Source: Promethearchaeota archaeon (GTDB lineage Archaea; Asgardarchaeota; Lokiarchaeia; Sigyniarchaeales; SOKP01). Taken from it: a DNA stretch of 64,000 bases. Of this stretch, positions 10,601 through 20,333 are shown one piece after another; position 1 is the stretch's first letter, and every line of letters starts with the position of its first letter. Both the position numbers and the translations under genes were made by a program. The stretch covers positions 160,001 through 224,000 of the forward strand of contig JAHLWP010000001.1 of assembly GCA_019057865.1 (NCBI GenBank), written 5' to 3'. The notes under the pieces are model-generated. The model ran no database searches. It worked only from the letters and a program-made list of their open reading frames with translations, and had not been told where the DNA came from.

Positions 10601-12024
10601 AACTTAGAAACTACATTGACAATCAACTATTAAAATTAAATCGAGAAAGAATTGGAAAAATTTTGGCGCTTTATGATTCTAGTATAAGAAAAAGAACTTT
10701 AAATGTAAATATGCTTGAACTTCAAAATCGAATTAATGATTTGAAAATTTTTGAAAATGTTATCCCAAACCAATTCTATAATAAAGTAAATGAGCTTCAG
10801 ATTGATCAAGAAAGAGAAGAATTTGTTGAAACCAAGGGTTATTTCGAATCTGTTATAGAAAATGATAAATTAGCAATTAGAAAAATAAAGGCTGGTCTAA
10901 TTCTCTTTAATGAAATGATAAGTGTCATCGATAAACAATATAACAATTTAAAAATTGAATTTATGCAACATTTTACAACTATACTCAAAAAAACCGAACA
11001 AATTCATTCTCATGAAGAGATCCAAGAAGATTTTGAATCTAAAAAGAAAATAAATGAAGAAAAGTTAAACCAAACTCAACATAAAATTGAAGAAAAATTA
11101 AAAAATCTTTGGAATAAAACTGAGGATTCAAATAAATTAGTTCCTGAAATTAGGGAATTATTTGTTAAGAAAAAAAACAATTTGTTAAATGAATATGAGG
11201 AGAAAATTAAAGAAGTCAATGATCAGATAACCATGATGAAACACGAATCATTCCGAGAAAAATTAATGAGCTTTATTAATGATGACAAAATTTTTTTAAG
11301 CCAATTACTCGGTAATTTAGAAAGAAAAGTTGAAGATAATATTGAAATTAAAGAATTTAAAAGAATAAATTTAATAGTTCAAAAGAGAGCAAAGAATATT
11401 GAAATGAAGATTAAAGAAATCAATAAAAATGTTAATCATAAAATAAGAGAATTTAATAGGCAATCAAAGAATTTCGGTCAAATATCAAAATACATTTTAG
11501 AAGATTATAATAAATTCATTAATGAATATAACGAAATCCTAAGTGAAAAAGTTAAATCATTAGAACGATTAGTACTGAAATCTTATATAGATATGACAAT
11601 TAAGGCTGTAGCAAATGAATATTTGACAATTGGTTTTTTAAATAATGAATTGAAAATAAAAAAACAAAATCTACAAGATTATTTGTTATTTCTTATAAGC
11701 GCAGGAGAATTAGGAGGAAAATATGATCCTAGGTTTGGAGTTTACTACGAAAACCCAGAAATTATGAATGACTTAGATGAAAATGAACTTGAGGTAATAA
11801 AAAATACAAATTTTCGCGTTTATATGTTCCTTAATCATTTAAAGAACTTTACAAGTCAGTATGGAAGTGTTATAGCTTTCTTTGCTTCGATCCTCACGAT
11901 TTCATACTATTTATTCATGTTCACCGGTGGCAATCTAGCAACTATTATTGTTCCAGTTATATTAACTACATTTGTAATAAGTTATATATTCATGAGAAGG
12001 AAAAAAGATCAAAAAATCAAATAA
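7642..12024 (+). CDS. Large protein: prenyltransferase-like alpha/alpha repeats, long coiled coil, winged-helix/PCI-like segment, 2 C-terminal TM helices
   Basis: PDIWSTYFALSSLKLLG and QRENGGFS..IDTTFW repeats; K/E-rich heptads; LISAGELGGKYD; hydrophobic C-terminus. Confidence 0.6.
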   Translation: MTVIEQKTAYPYITEFKKEPFKSFVLKKGREIGTYYLSGYDKVVEFYQNFNKTLLANESLNIKMIYWFLLLRKYLKEDKYEFRNEIFEYIKKCEIHKNNQIGFKFKPDSPNIPDIWSTYFALSSLKLLGLLDEYFAISDQNQFREEIINFILTHRKGNGFLHCLEKSCEIDKKPLAVKTLYYVIEIYTILGIDIRLKKDKFSSYIGDRKRNPSLIFKLLCLKFLDLNSEVSEKDIQYFHQFQRENGGFSFRQIGEIDTTFWIVYGLENFSWLLDYNPAGIFSFINIKIVEILNDQAGWNLNKLIDISKLIILLSLIWKKFINEIERLIFRQLEKEKYIDLNQIKSRFGLSNVIEEIISYINLSYNFNLKILINKIEFKNFIRNLSQGKRIVAQEIYNQLSNKSIISLKKIFKDCKSKYSFKSLKLKDDIIPLVDQLIQRNFFKGKIVKKRFYMDFFLERIIVCDTEINLEQLLHEKEKLKDIKNDIYNMTLKLKNITSQIKDEIESYLILDEIDYAKERLKFIVRNALMDADFLNENIENSFNEELYYLNIQTLLKSDITQWNKLYSVIQKRLSEIDSYLKEKISEKENLRDISNLLEKLKEKIGSITEETTKKIDDFRNLFRETLEQGYSKEKFDLIVQEFDKISQSVSKYDNIIYNVSQQVTTKEKKVLNKHKKVIGDWLSFKENFESIFSYYTSGFQFFNTNMKKIDDIKERVKIEILEISEKAKNITDNNLFQEAFNVIKQESDVLLDNKTKEIKEIQSKVKKDIKSKQKLYLLYGYLLEALDNLEVNIIELIAERVQSLKNKVVIERNRTQIEDFDNFVSQEVGKFKTELNNFKSQLDQMNNLKINYVIKGFDDIIAIFEAANNIYLKKLTKCKKTIDDFEEKSKVTIIQWEKFKEFLSNEIPALKDKYINDIISKRINLFAYEKKSNYIKLSDLKNDLNLSCKVLINKIKDMIDISKINAELNEDDKYLLVYTNNYYLNKELRNYIDNQLLKLNRERIGKILALYDSSIRKRTLNVNMLELQNRINDLKIFENVIPNQFYNKVNELQIDQEREEFVETKGYFESVIENDKLAIRKIKAGLILFNEMISVIDKQYNNLKIEFMQHFTTILKKTEQIHSHEEIQEDFESKKKINEEKLNQTQHKIEEKLKNLWNKTEDSNKLVPEIRELFVKKKNNLLNEYEEKIKEVNDQITMMKHESFREKLMSFINDDKIFLSQLLGNLERKVEDNIEIKEFKRINLIVQKRAKNIEMKIKEINKNVNHKIREFNRQSKNFGQISKYILEDYNKFINEYNEILSEKVKSLERLVLKSYIDMTIKAVANEYLTIGFLNNELKIKKQNLQDYLLFLISAGELGGKYDPRFGVYYENPEIMNDLDENELEVIKNTNFRVYMFLNHLKNFTSQYGSVIAFFASILTISYYLFMFTGGNLATIIVPVILTTFVISYIFMRRKKDQKIK

Positions 12025-12060
12025 CATCTTTTTTATTTAGCTACCATTATTTCCATAATT

Positions 12061-14214
12061 TTAATCATAATCCATAACAAAATGTACAAAATCATTTTGC
12101 TTTTTTAAGTATCCTAGATAACAAGCTTGATTAAAATGAATATAAAATTTCTTATTTTCAATATCTTCATTTCGAGCGAGTTCTTCAAACTTTTTAAAAT
12201 TTATTTTTCCACTTTTACTATAAGTTTTAGCTAAATTAATCAAACATTTTACATTCTTATTTAAATAAGCTTTATGCTCTTTTTGCATTTTGGGGGTCTT
12301 CCTTTTTATTTTTAAAATTTTATTTTTTAAATTAATATTATCCATTTTTATTAAATCAGAAAAAAAGGTTATACCACATTCTTTGAATGATTTATACTCT
12401 GCACTTCTATAGTATTTGTCTAATTGAGAAATGATATCTTCTATTGAACGGTTCGCTAAAAGTTCTATTTCTCTTTCTTTCCTTTCTCTAAAATTATAGA
12501 TTAAATCCATTTCTGAAAATTCTTTTTTAGGAGAAAGGAATGTAATTTTTTTTCTTTTTAAATTCTTCTGTAATTTTAACTGTTTTTTATTTAATAATAC
12601 TAAATTCATTGATTTTTCTTTTCTTCGGGCAACAATATGGAAAGGAATATCAACAGTTCCTTCAGTTAACATAATATAACATCTACCAGGATTATTTCTT
12701 CCTGTTCTACCGCGCCTTTGAATTAATCTGATTTCTGAAGGAACAGATTCATAAAAAATTATAGCATCAACATTTGGAATATCCAGACCTTCTTCAGCTA
12801 CACTTGTTGCGATTAATACATTGATTTCATTATTTCGAAATTTTTCAAGTATTTCTATTTGGATTCTTTGTGAATAACCAATATCATCGTGTTTAGTTGT
12901 CTGTCCAATGAATTTCTCTATAGTAAGTTCATTCCTGAATTCATTTTTTAACTTTTTCTTCAAATATTCCGCTAATTCTCTATATTGTGTGAAAAGGATG
13001 ATTTTTCTATTTTGAAATTCTTCAATTTCTTCTTTAATAATTTCAATTGCTTTATTTATCTTTGGATGAGATAATTTAGATAAACCTTCTTTTTCAATAA
13101 TAGAATATGTAAGTTTAAATTGTTCAGAATTAACAATTCTTTTAGCAGATAATACATCTCGTTCTACTTTAGATATTATTTTATCTAAAAATGATTTAAA
13201 AAGAGAAATTTCTTGAGTTTCTAATAGATCTTTCGCATGAAGTATAGAAATACAGGTTGAACAATATGAGAAAATTGAATGGATATCAAAATGGTTTTCT
13301 TTAACAATATCAATAAGTTTAGGATCTTGAAAAAATAAATGATTTAGAAATTCCTCATCAAATATTTCAGATTCAACACAATCTAGATATTTCAAGGATA
13401 AAGTTAAATCATGAGAAATTCTTAAAAAATCTAATTTTGAATAATATCGTTTATTTGGATTTATTAGTTTTCTCTCTATAAAGAATTTTAGAAATTTTTT
13501 AAATAAATTATCCCAAATTTGGCTTATTTCAAAAAGCTCTAGTGGTAAATCTACCAAATTAATATATGTGTCAATGTCATGAATATAATCTTTAACATCC
13601 TTGTCCTCATAATTTTTAAACACAATATTTTCAATGCACAAATTATCACAAATTTCTTGGATATGTTCAAAATCCTTTCCTGGGGAAGCTGTTAATCCTA
13701 AAATTAAAGGATCATTACAAGTGTTAATATATTCTTTTGATATAAAATTGTATGAATAATTTCCTTTTGTTTTATGTGCTTCATCAAAAATTACCAGTGA
13801 AACTTGAGTGAGATCATATCTTCCCCTTATTAAATCATTTTTAATTACTTGGGGAGTAGAAATAATTATTCTAGAATAGTTAAATAATAAAGTTCGTTTC
13901 TCTGGAGGTATTTTTCCGGTAAGCAATACAATTTTTTCGGCATTTATGTCTAGAAATTTTTGACAGGATGACCTATGTTGTGAAACTAAAGGTCGTGTTG
14001 GAGCAAGTATAATAATTTTTGACTTGGAATATTTAATTAGGGTATTTGCTATTATTAAAATGCCAATAATTGTCTTTCCTAACCCAGTTGGCAATATAAC
14101 TAAGGAATTTTTATTTTTACAACGATTAACTATATTGCTTTGATAATGTCGATAAAGAACTTCATCCTTTTTCAAATAAAGTCCGTTATAATACTCCTGA
14201 GAACCTAATTTCAT
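12061..14214 (-). CDS. Hef/FANCM-like SF2 helicase
   Basis: LPTGLGKT, DEAH, GLTASPG, ATSVAEEGLDIP, QRRGRTGR; no ERKxxxD nuclease motif seen. Confidence 0.9.
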   Translation of the reverse strand: MKLGSQEYYNGLYLKKDEVLYRHYQSNIVNRCKNKNSLVILPTGLGKTIIGILIIANTLIKYSKSKIIILAPTRPLVSQHRSSCQKFLDINAEKIVLLTGKIPPEKRTLLFNYSRIIISTPQVIKNDLIRGRYDLTQVSLVIFDEAHKTKGNYSYNFISKEYINTCNDPLILGLTASPGKDFEHIQEICDNLCIENIVFKNYEDKDVKDYIHDIDTYINLVDLPLELFEISQIWDNLFKKFLKFFIERKLINPNKRYYSKLDFLRISHDLTLSLKYLDCVESEIFDEEFLNHLFFQDPKLIDIVKENHFDIHSIFSYCSTCISILHAKDLLETQEISLFKSFLDKIISKVERDVLSAKRIVNSEQFKLTYSIIEKEGLSKLSHPKINKAIEIIKEEIEEFQNRKIILFTQYRELAEYLKKKLKNEFRNELTIEKFIGQTTKHDDIGYSQRIQIEILEKFRNNEINVLIATSVAEEGLDIPNVDAIIFYESVPSEIRLIQRRGRTGRNNPGRCYIMLTEGTVDIPFHIVARRKEKSMNLVLLNKKQLKLQKNLKRKKITFLSPKKEFSEMDLIYNFRERKEREIELLANRSIEDIISQLDKYYRSAEYKSFKECGITFFSDLIKMDNINLKNKILKIKRKTPKMQKEHKAYLNKNVKCLINLAKTYSKSGKINFKKFEELARNEDIENKKFYIHFNQACYLGYLKKQNDFVHFVMDYD

Positions 14215-14302
14215 ATATTTTTTATTAGTTTAATTAATATAATTAAAATAAGAGACAGTAGTGATTTACTATAATTATTCTTATTAATTTTTTAAAAAAA
14301 TT

Positions 14303-14352
14303 CCATAACTGTGATGTTATGATTAACGCATAACTATAATCACAGTTATAGG
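14303..14352. repeat. Inverted repeat / long stem-loop
   Basis: ATAACTGTGAT-GTTATG [attaacg] CATAAC-(tata)-ATCACAGTTAT. Confidence 0.7.
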
Positions 14353-14542
14353 TAAAAATATGAAAAAAAAATGCATCCATTACAATATTAATGACTTCTT
14401 ATTATAAATCTTAAGATTAAAATTCTTAAGAGATTAGAGAGTAAAGGTTATAAAAAATAATAATAATAAAAAAAAGAAATTAAGTGATTTGGTTAGTATT
14501 TAACTAAAATCTTCTTATTTTTGCTTTAGAGAAGCCTATTAT

Positions 14543-14758
14543 TTAGCCTTTAAAGTATTTAATGGCTAAAAGAATGTCGTCCTTTGTTACTTTCTTTCTT
14601 TTGGAGTGTTTGGTCAAGTTTAAGGCTACTTTTGTAATTTTTTCAGCGCTTTGACCCATCCAATCAACTAATTCATTAACAGCATCACGAGCTACGATAA
14701 CTGCCCCATTGTGCTTCATTAATCTTCTAATAGGACTCCAACTAATGTATTCACTCAT
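14543..14758 (-). CDS. Archaeal histone
   Basis: Histone fold SPIRRLMK...A...RKKVTKDDI; GGAGG ribosome-binding site upstream. Confidence 0.92.
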   Translation of the reverse strand: MSEYISWSPIRRLMKHNGAVIVARDAVNELVDWMGQSAEKITKVALNLTKHSKRKKVTKDDILLAIKYFKG

Positions 14759-15377
14759 TTTTATTCCTCCACTTTTTAATTAATTATATAATAAATTTTA
14801 TGAATTTTAGTTATTTTTTAATAGTTAGTTAAATAGTTATACATCTTTTAGATATTTAAAGATTTTGATTCATACTTAATTTTATGAAGAAAAAAATGAA
14901 AAAAATTAAACGACAAAATTCAAATTAATGAAAGTGATCAATCTCGTGAAAGTTAGAGTTTTTTTATGGAAACATAATTTCTGTTAATGATTAGTATTCT
15001 AGTATCATATATATTCTTCAATATCTACATATTAGAATAATGGATAACTTTTTTAAAAGAAATGAAAAATCCGATCAAATTCTGAGATGCTAAATCAAGC
15101 ATTTTTGTGTTTCATATAAGTTAAAAAAATTAAGTTTATTTTAAAGAATTTACGAGGATTAACCAAATGAAATAAAATTTCCAATATCTTTAGGAATTTG
15201 ATTGATTTAGAGAAAGATTTAATTGATTAGGAATTATTCAAGGGAAGATTTTAAAAGAAATTCATTATGTAAACTTTTTCCTCCTAATTTAGTAATAGAA
15301 AAGCCACAGATAACCGTAATTATTAAATATTTGAATGGAAATTATTATTATAAAAATAAATTTTTAAATCCAATATT

Positions 15378-16112
15378 ATGAAAGCAAAAAAAATATTTTT
15401 AGCACTATTGGTAATGTTTAGTTTAATAATCCCGTTTACACTAACCTCTTTTGCCTTAGGGGATTTGCAACTTGGGGATCCTGATATTGAATGGGGAGTT
15501 AAAGAAGGAAAAACATACACATGGGTTGTTAAGGAATCTAATGAAAGTCTTGGTTTTCTGCCAGTTAAATCTAAATATGAAATAACAATAACATCCATTA
15601 GATCGATGTTAGGGGGGGATGCTACTGAATTAAATGCTACAATTACAGCATATAATAGCCAGACTGAATCTACAACTACTCTTTTGGATAATCAAACGTT
15701 TATCTACTTTGATTCAGGGACGAATATAACAACACTTTATACTATACTCACTGAACACGGTTTTTTCATCCCTCCAGATTATGTTGATGGTTTTGCTGTA
15801 GGTTTGTTTGGTTTCTACGGATCCTTCTTTAATCATAAGGGTACTATGACTGAATATGGAGTATTTGCTTTTTATGGATATAGGAGTTCAACTGATTTAG
15901 TATATATGTGGATGTTTAATAAAAATTTGATATGTGATAATTTAGTTATCGCTTTTTCAGGCGATGATTCTGAAAATTATCAGTATTGGTTGGTATTAAA
16001 GACTGATTCTGGTCCAACTATATCTTTCGGAAATTACTTTTTGATTATTAGTGGATTTGCAATTCTTTCATTGATTTATATTTATATGAAGAAATTAGAA
16101 AAGAAATTCTAA
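15378..16112 (+). CDS. Secreted, C-terminally anchored surface protein
   Basis: Signal peptide, WGVKEGKTYTW, C-terminal ISFG-TM-basic tail. Confidence 0.65.
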   Translation: MKAKKIFLALLVMFSLIIPFTLTSFALGDLQLGDPDIEWGVKEGKTYTWVVKESNESLGFLPVKSKYEITITSIRSMLGGDATELNATITAYNSQTESTTTLLDNQTFIYFDSGTNITTLYTILTEHGFFIPPDYVDGFAVGLFGFYGSFFNHKGTMTEYGVFAFYGYRSSTDLVYMWMFNKNLICDNLVIAFSGDDSENYQYWLVLKTDSGPTISFGNYFLIISGFAILSLIYIYMKKLEKKF

Positions 16113-16171
16113 TCTTTTTTTTTATTTTTTGCAAGGATAGTTAGTTTTTATCCTAGTTGGTAATATTCTTC

Positions 16172-17155
16172 TTACCATACTATATGTTCATATTTACATT
16201 TTTCACATTCTATACTTTCTCCTTTTTTAGGAAAGTAAGGCAGAACAGCGCCGCAATATTTACATTCTAGTTCATAGATATGATCTATGGAACTTACAAT
16301 TCCTCTTCTTAAAATACGTTCTTTAAAATCATTTGAAATTTGGGTTAAAATTGAGATGATAATTTGGTGATTTTGAGAAACAGCAATAACTTCTACTTTA
16401 TTTGATACTATCTGACTAATTATTAATATATCTTCTTCTGACTCCAAATCAGTTCCTAAATACCAAATTATCTTGTTATCGAGATCCTTAGCAATTAATT
16501 GAAAATTATGAGCTCTAAGGATTTGTTCAACAATATTGAAAAATATATCTAAATCAATATTTATTCCTACTCCGAAACTTTTAATTGCTTTTTTAATACC
16601 AGGTATTTGTAGAATCTTTTTTAGTTGAAAACTTGGTATTATCTTAGGTGTTATATTTAATTTATCAATTCTGATTTCTACTGGTTCTGAATTAAGAACC
16701 CTTACGAAATCTTTATTATTGACATAGGTAATAATTGTTCTTAACTCCCCTACATTTTTTAGTGATAAAGCTTTGAAGTGTAAATTAATTTGTTTTCTAC
16801 TATTTTCATTAAATTCATCAAATTCTAAATTTAGTTGTTTTGAACCTCTTTGCTCAACAGAAGGAGGTATGATTATTGTTGGAGGTGTACACCTAGTAAG
16901 AGATAAAAATTCAGGATATTTAATTTTAATCTTAACGTCGGTTATAGGGGCTAAACTCTGGTTACTTAATAGAATTGCATAAAGATAATGACCACTAAAA
17001 GGTCTAAAATCATATTCTAATTTAATTTTATCTTCTTGGTCAATTGTTTCAAATAGATATTTGTCTTTTTCCTCTCTTTTATATTCAATCTTAGTTTTAA
17101 AAATAACAAGATCTTGCACTTGGTCTGGGCTTGCTTCTTTCTCTTTATTATTCAT
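16172..17155 (-). CDS. Hypothetical protein: Ig-like sandwich, alpha/beta platform-like domain, C-terminal Zn ribbon
   Basis: LSNQSLAPITDVKIKI beta-rich segment; CKYCG...CEKC. Confidence 0.55.
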   Translation of the reverse strand: MNNKEKEASPDQVQDLVIFKTKIEYKREEKDKYLFETIDQEDKIKLEYDFRPFSGHYLYAILLSNQSLAPITDVKIKIKYPEFLSLTRCTPPTIIIPPSVEQRGSKQLNLEFDEFNENSRKQINLHFKALSLKNVGELRTIITYVNNKDFVRVLNSEPVEIRIDKLNITPKIIPSFQLKKILQIPGIKKAIKSFGVGINIDLDIFFNIVEQILRAHNFQLIAKDLDNKIIWYLGTDLESEEDILIISQIVSNKVEVIAVSQNHQIIISILTQISNDFKERILRRGIVSSIDHIYELECKYCGAVLPYFPKKGESIECEKCKYEHIVW

Positions 17156-17248
17156 GTCTTATAATACTAATTTGTAATTGTGGAATTCTGAACTGATTTT
17201 TAATTTACTAGATAATTAATGTAATTATATTTTAAATTTTATTTTTTT

Positions 17249-19060
17249 CATTGTAATTAAACTATACTCACCCGACAAAAAAAGTCTTTAGGTCTGTATT
17301 CTTTATTTTTATTAAATCGAAACCTTTATCTTCGTGGCTACTTTCGTTAATATATGACCGTAAAACCACCTGAAATAGAAAAAGATACAGTATATACCTA
17401 TTGGGAATCGGATGAGGGAATGACTTGTCCGTTATGTGGCAATTCTCTTACTCATGAATTTAATGATGGAGGACGGGAAGTTATAACATTAAAAGGCTCA
17501 CTTTGGGTTGTTACCAATTATTATAGATGTGTAAATTTAGATTGTGAACTTCACAATGCATTTCCCGTGACGTATAACTCTTGTATCAAACGAAAAAGAC
17601 ATTCCGTGGAAGTATGGGCGAAAGTAATTCAACACCATTTTAAATACCATCTCAATTATCGTCAAGTCGCCGAACTCATATGGGACGATTGGGAGATCTC
17701 AATTTCCGAAAGCACAGTAAGAAATGTTTGTCAATATTTCGAGATGGCAGGTTTGCAATATAAGAACACAGAAGTTAGGAGAGAAATTGCTGAATCAGGA
17801 AGAATCTACCTCTCATTAGATGGTGCTCAACCAATCGAAGGTGAGCCTGCTTTATGGATTTTCACGGATCGCCTAACCGATAATGTGTTGCTTGCACGAC
17901 TCCTGGAAAGCGCTCCTGCTGAGGTATTGCACGACATATATCAAGAAATAGAAGAAAAATTTGGTGTGTCCATAGCAGCTGTAATTTCCGATAAACAAAA
18001 GAATATCTTGAACTCAGTGAAAATGCTTAATCCGGACATCCCTCACGTGTATTGCCAATATCATTTTTTAAATCACGTTATTGCACCAATCGCCGCCAAG
18101 GATTCTCATCTCCAAACTACTCTTCAAAAGAAAATACGTTCACTTTCTCTCGTTCAAAAAGAGCCCGTAGGAGAAAATACTGAGAAAATTACTAAAAAAT
18201 CGCCAGTTGCCGAGATTTTTTCACCTATTACCAAGGAGCTTAAATGTGCGATTGCTGCAAGAGGAAACCGTTTTGATACGTTTCCAGGAAAAGAAATATA
18301 TTTAAACTTGGAGTTCGTGCGATCTCGCTTAAAGATCTTCCAAAAAAAAGGACTCCCTCAGAAAGTCGTGCGATCTCTTCAGTCATTAATTAATTCCTTA
18401 GAAAAGATATTAGATTCCACTGGCCACTTATATTCTGAGCTTTGTTCTTTATTACATGATTTCCAATGGTTAAGAGCAATTTTAAGCCATCGGGAGTGGT
18501 CAGGAAAGCGAATTAAAAAATGGGTGTATAGGTGGCTTTTCGAGCTTCAGAAAAGGCTTGAGCAACGATCCATGGAGCATAACGCTAATAATTTAAAATG
18601 GCAATATCCTTCCCGCGCTATAACGCAAGAAGAAGCGTGGCAACAATGGATTCGCTTAGAACATTCCTATAGCGACGGATTATACTGTGCTTACGATGAT
18701 CCCGACTTGGATTTTACCAATAACGCCAAAGAACTGTTATTTCACCGTTCGAAAGCCCATTTTAAAGCTCTTTTAGGACGCCAGAATATTGCCCGCGCCT
18801 ACCAATCTAAAGGCGGGATTTACGCCCAATTAATAGATTTTGATTACTCTGATGAGAATATTTCGAGCGTGCTCTTAGCAAGCGAAACTCCGCTACTTGA
18901 AGCAAATCGTCAAGAACATAACGCTCAATATATGGTGACTCGGCGCAGATGGCGAATCCGAGAAGAGGAAACGGGAAACTTTAAACAATTTGAATATAAT
19001 TTGCAAGCATTAAAAAACCAAGAGTGATTTTTGTCGAGTGAGTATAGTTTAATTATAATG
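17249..19060 (+). mobile_element. Insertion sequence (about 1.8 kb) with 33-bp terminal inverted repeats
   Basis: Left CATTGTAATTAAACTATACTCACCCGACAAAAA (17249-17281); right 19028-19060 is the reverse complement with 2 mismatches; T runs on both flanks; visibly higher GC than surroundings. Confidence 0.88.
17354..19027 (+). CDS. DDE transposase with CxxH motif and N-terminal Zn finger/HTH
   Basis: CPLC...C...C, ISESTVR, SLDG, ISDKQ, CQYH, TNNAKE. Confidence 0.88.
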   Translation: MTVKPPEIEKDTVYTYWESDEGMTCPLCGNSLTHEFNDGGREVITLKGSLWVVTNYYRCVNLDCELHNAFPVTYNSCIKRKRHSVEVWAKVIQHHFKYHLNYRQVAELIWDDWEISISESTVRNVCQYFEMAGLQYKNTEVRREIAESGRIYLSLDGAQPIEGEPALWIFTDRLTDNVLLARLLESAPAEVLHDIYQEIEEKFGVSIAAVISDKQKNILNSVKMLNPDIPHVYCQYHFLNHVIAPIAAKDSHLQTTLQKKIRSLSLVQKEPVGENTEKITKKSPVAEIFSPITKELKCAIAARGNRFDTFPGKEIYLNLEFVRSRLKIFQKKGLPQKVVRSLQSLINSLEKILDSTGHLYSELCSLLHDFQWLRAILSHREWSGKRIKKWVYRWLFELQKRLEQRSMEHNANNLKWQYPSRAITQEEAWQQWIRLEHSYSDGLYCAYDDPDLDFTNNAKELLFHRSKAHFKALLGRQNIARAYQSKGGIYAQLIDFDYSDENISSVLLASETPLLEANRQEHNAQYMVTRRRWRIREEETGNFKQFEYNLQALKNQE

Positions 19061-19106
19061 TTTTTTTTAAACATCATTTTTTTTTATCTTTATTAATTAA
19101 TTATAC

Positions 19107-19820
19107 TTGAATGTAATAATGTTTCAAGAATTAAACGAGTTATTCGAAAGCACAACAATAAAACCAACATTTGAGAAAGTTCATATTATTCTAGCTTTAT
19201 TTATTTTTGGAGAAAATATGGAAGGAATTGGAAGATATCGATTACAAAAAGAATTACTAATTGGCTCGGGGACATCAAGATCTCTAATTAAGAAATTAAA
19301 ACAAAGGGGGGGTTTTATAACAGTTGCAAATGGAGATATTAAAAGTAAATCTGAAAGCCAAAGGAAAGGTCATATTCTCACGGAAAAAGGATTAGACTAT
19401 TTAAATAAAATTAAAATACATATTCCAATTCTAATAGAAGGCAATTTAGAAATATTAAAGGATATAATCATTGAAACTTATGAAGCAAATCCGTATATTT
19501 GTCAAGTGAAAAATAGAGGTGATAGGATCACTAATGGAGTTGCTCAAAGAGATGCTGCAATTAAAGTTGATGGTATTGGTGCCACATGTTTAATTTATAA
19601 TGGTGATAGATTAGTATTTCCTTTAGGATCTTTATCAGATGATGATAAAAACCAGGCCCAAATAAAAGAGACTGTTCAAAATTATTTTAAAGAAATGAGA
19701 AATAAAATTACTGCTGAAAAGTTAATTTTAGAAAAAAATGATGTTATAATTATTGGATTAGGTGATAATCCTGAAAAAGCAAGGTTAGTAGCGTTGAATG
19801 CTGCTTTAACCTTAATCTGA
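19107..19820 (+). CDS. Winged-HTH domain protein (DUF4443-like putative regulator)
   Basis: IGRYRLQKELLIGSGTSRSLIKKL, GHILTEKG, NGVAQRDAAIKV. Confidence 0.7.
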   Translation: MNVIMFQELNELFESTTIKPTFEKVHIILALFIFGENMEGIGRYRLQKELLIGSGTSRSLIKKLKQRGGFITVANGDIKSKSESQRKGHILTEKGLDYLNKIKIHIPILIEGNLEILKDIIIETYEANPYICQVKNRGDRITNGVAQRDAAIKVDGIGATCLIYNGDRLVFPLGSLSDDDKNQAQIKETVQNYFKEMRNKITAEKLILEKNDVIIIGLGDNPEKARLVALNAALTLI

Positions 19821-19871
19821 AAATAAGAGTGAAAAGAGATGTAGACCATAAAATTCGAAAAAGATATAAAA

Positions 19872-20333
19872 TTGATTTTGAATCATATACTTTTTAATCA
19901 ACTGATTGAATGTGTGAAAAGTGCTAGTCCTAATGAAGCATGTGGATTACTTTTCGGAGATGTTAAAGAAATAGATTATAAAGGGGAATACCAATACCAA
20001 TATGTTGGAAAAAAGTTTAATTGTATAGAATCCAATCAAAAAAGTCCGGTTGCTTTTCTCATGAGCAATCTTGAGGAATTAAACCGAATTTTTCACGATG
20101 CATTCCAAAAAGATAAATTACGTTTAATTAGTATTTTTCATTCTCATCCTGGTGGTACATATCCTAGCGAAATTGATTTTTCTAATATGAGATTTTTAGA
20201 TAATTGCGGTAATAAAGCATTTAAAAATCAAATCTGGGCAATAATGAATGCAAGAAATATGAAATTAAATGGATATATTCTTTATAATAATGAATTCATG
20301 CAAATAAAAATTCAAAAACTTAAGCATTATTGA
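19872..20333 (+). CDS. JAMM/MPN+ metalloprotease
   Basis: EACGLL and HSHP...PS..D motif. Confidence 0.88.
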   Translation: MILNHILFNQLIECVKSASPNEACGLLFGDVKEIDYKGEYQYQYVGKKFNCIESNQKSPVAFLMSNLEELNRIFHDAFQKDKLRLISIFHSHPGGTYPSEIDFSNMRFLDNCGNKAFKNQIWAIMNARNMKLNGYILYNNEFMQIKIQKLKHY

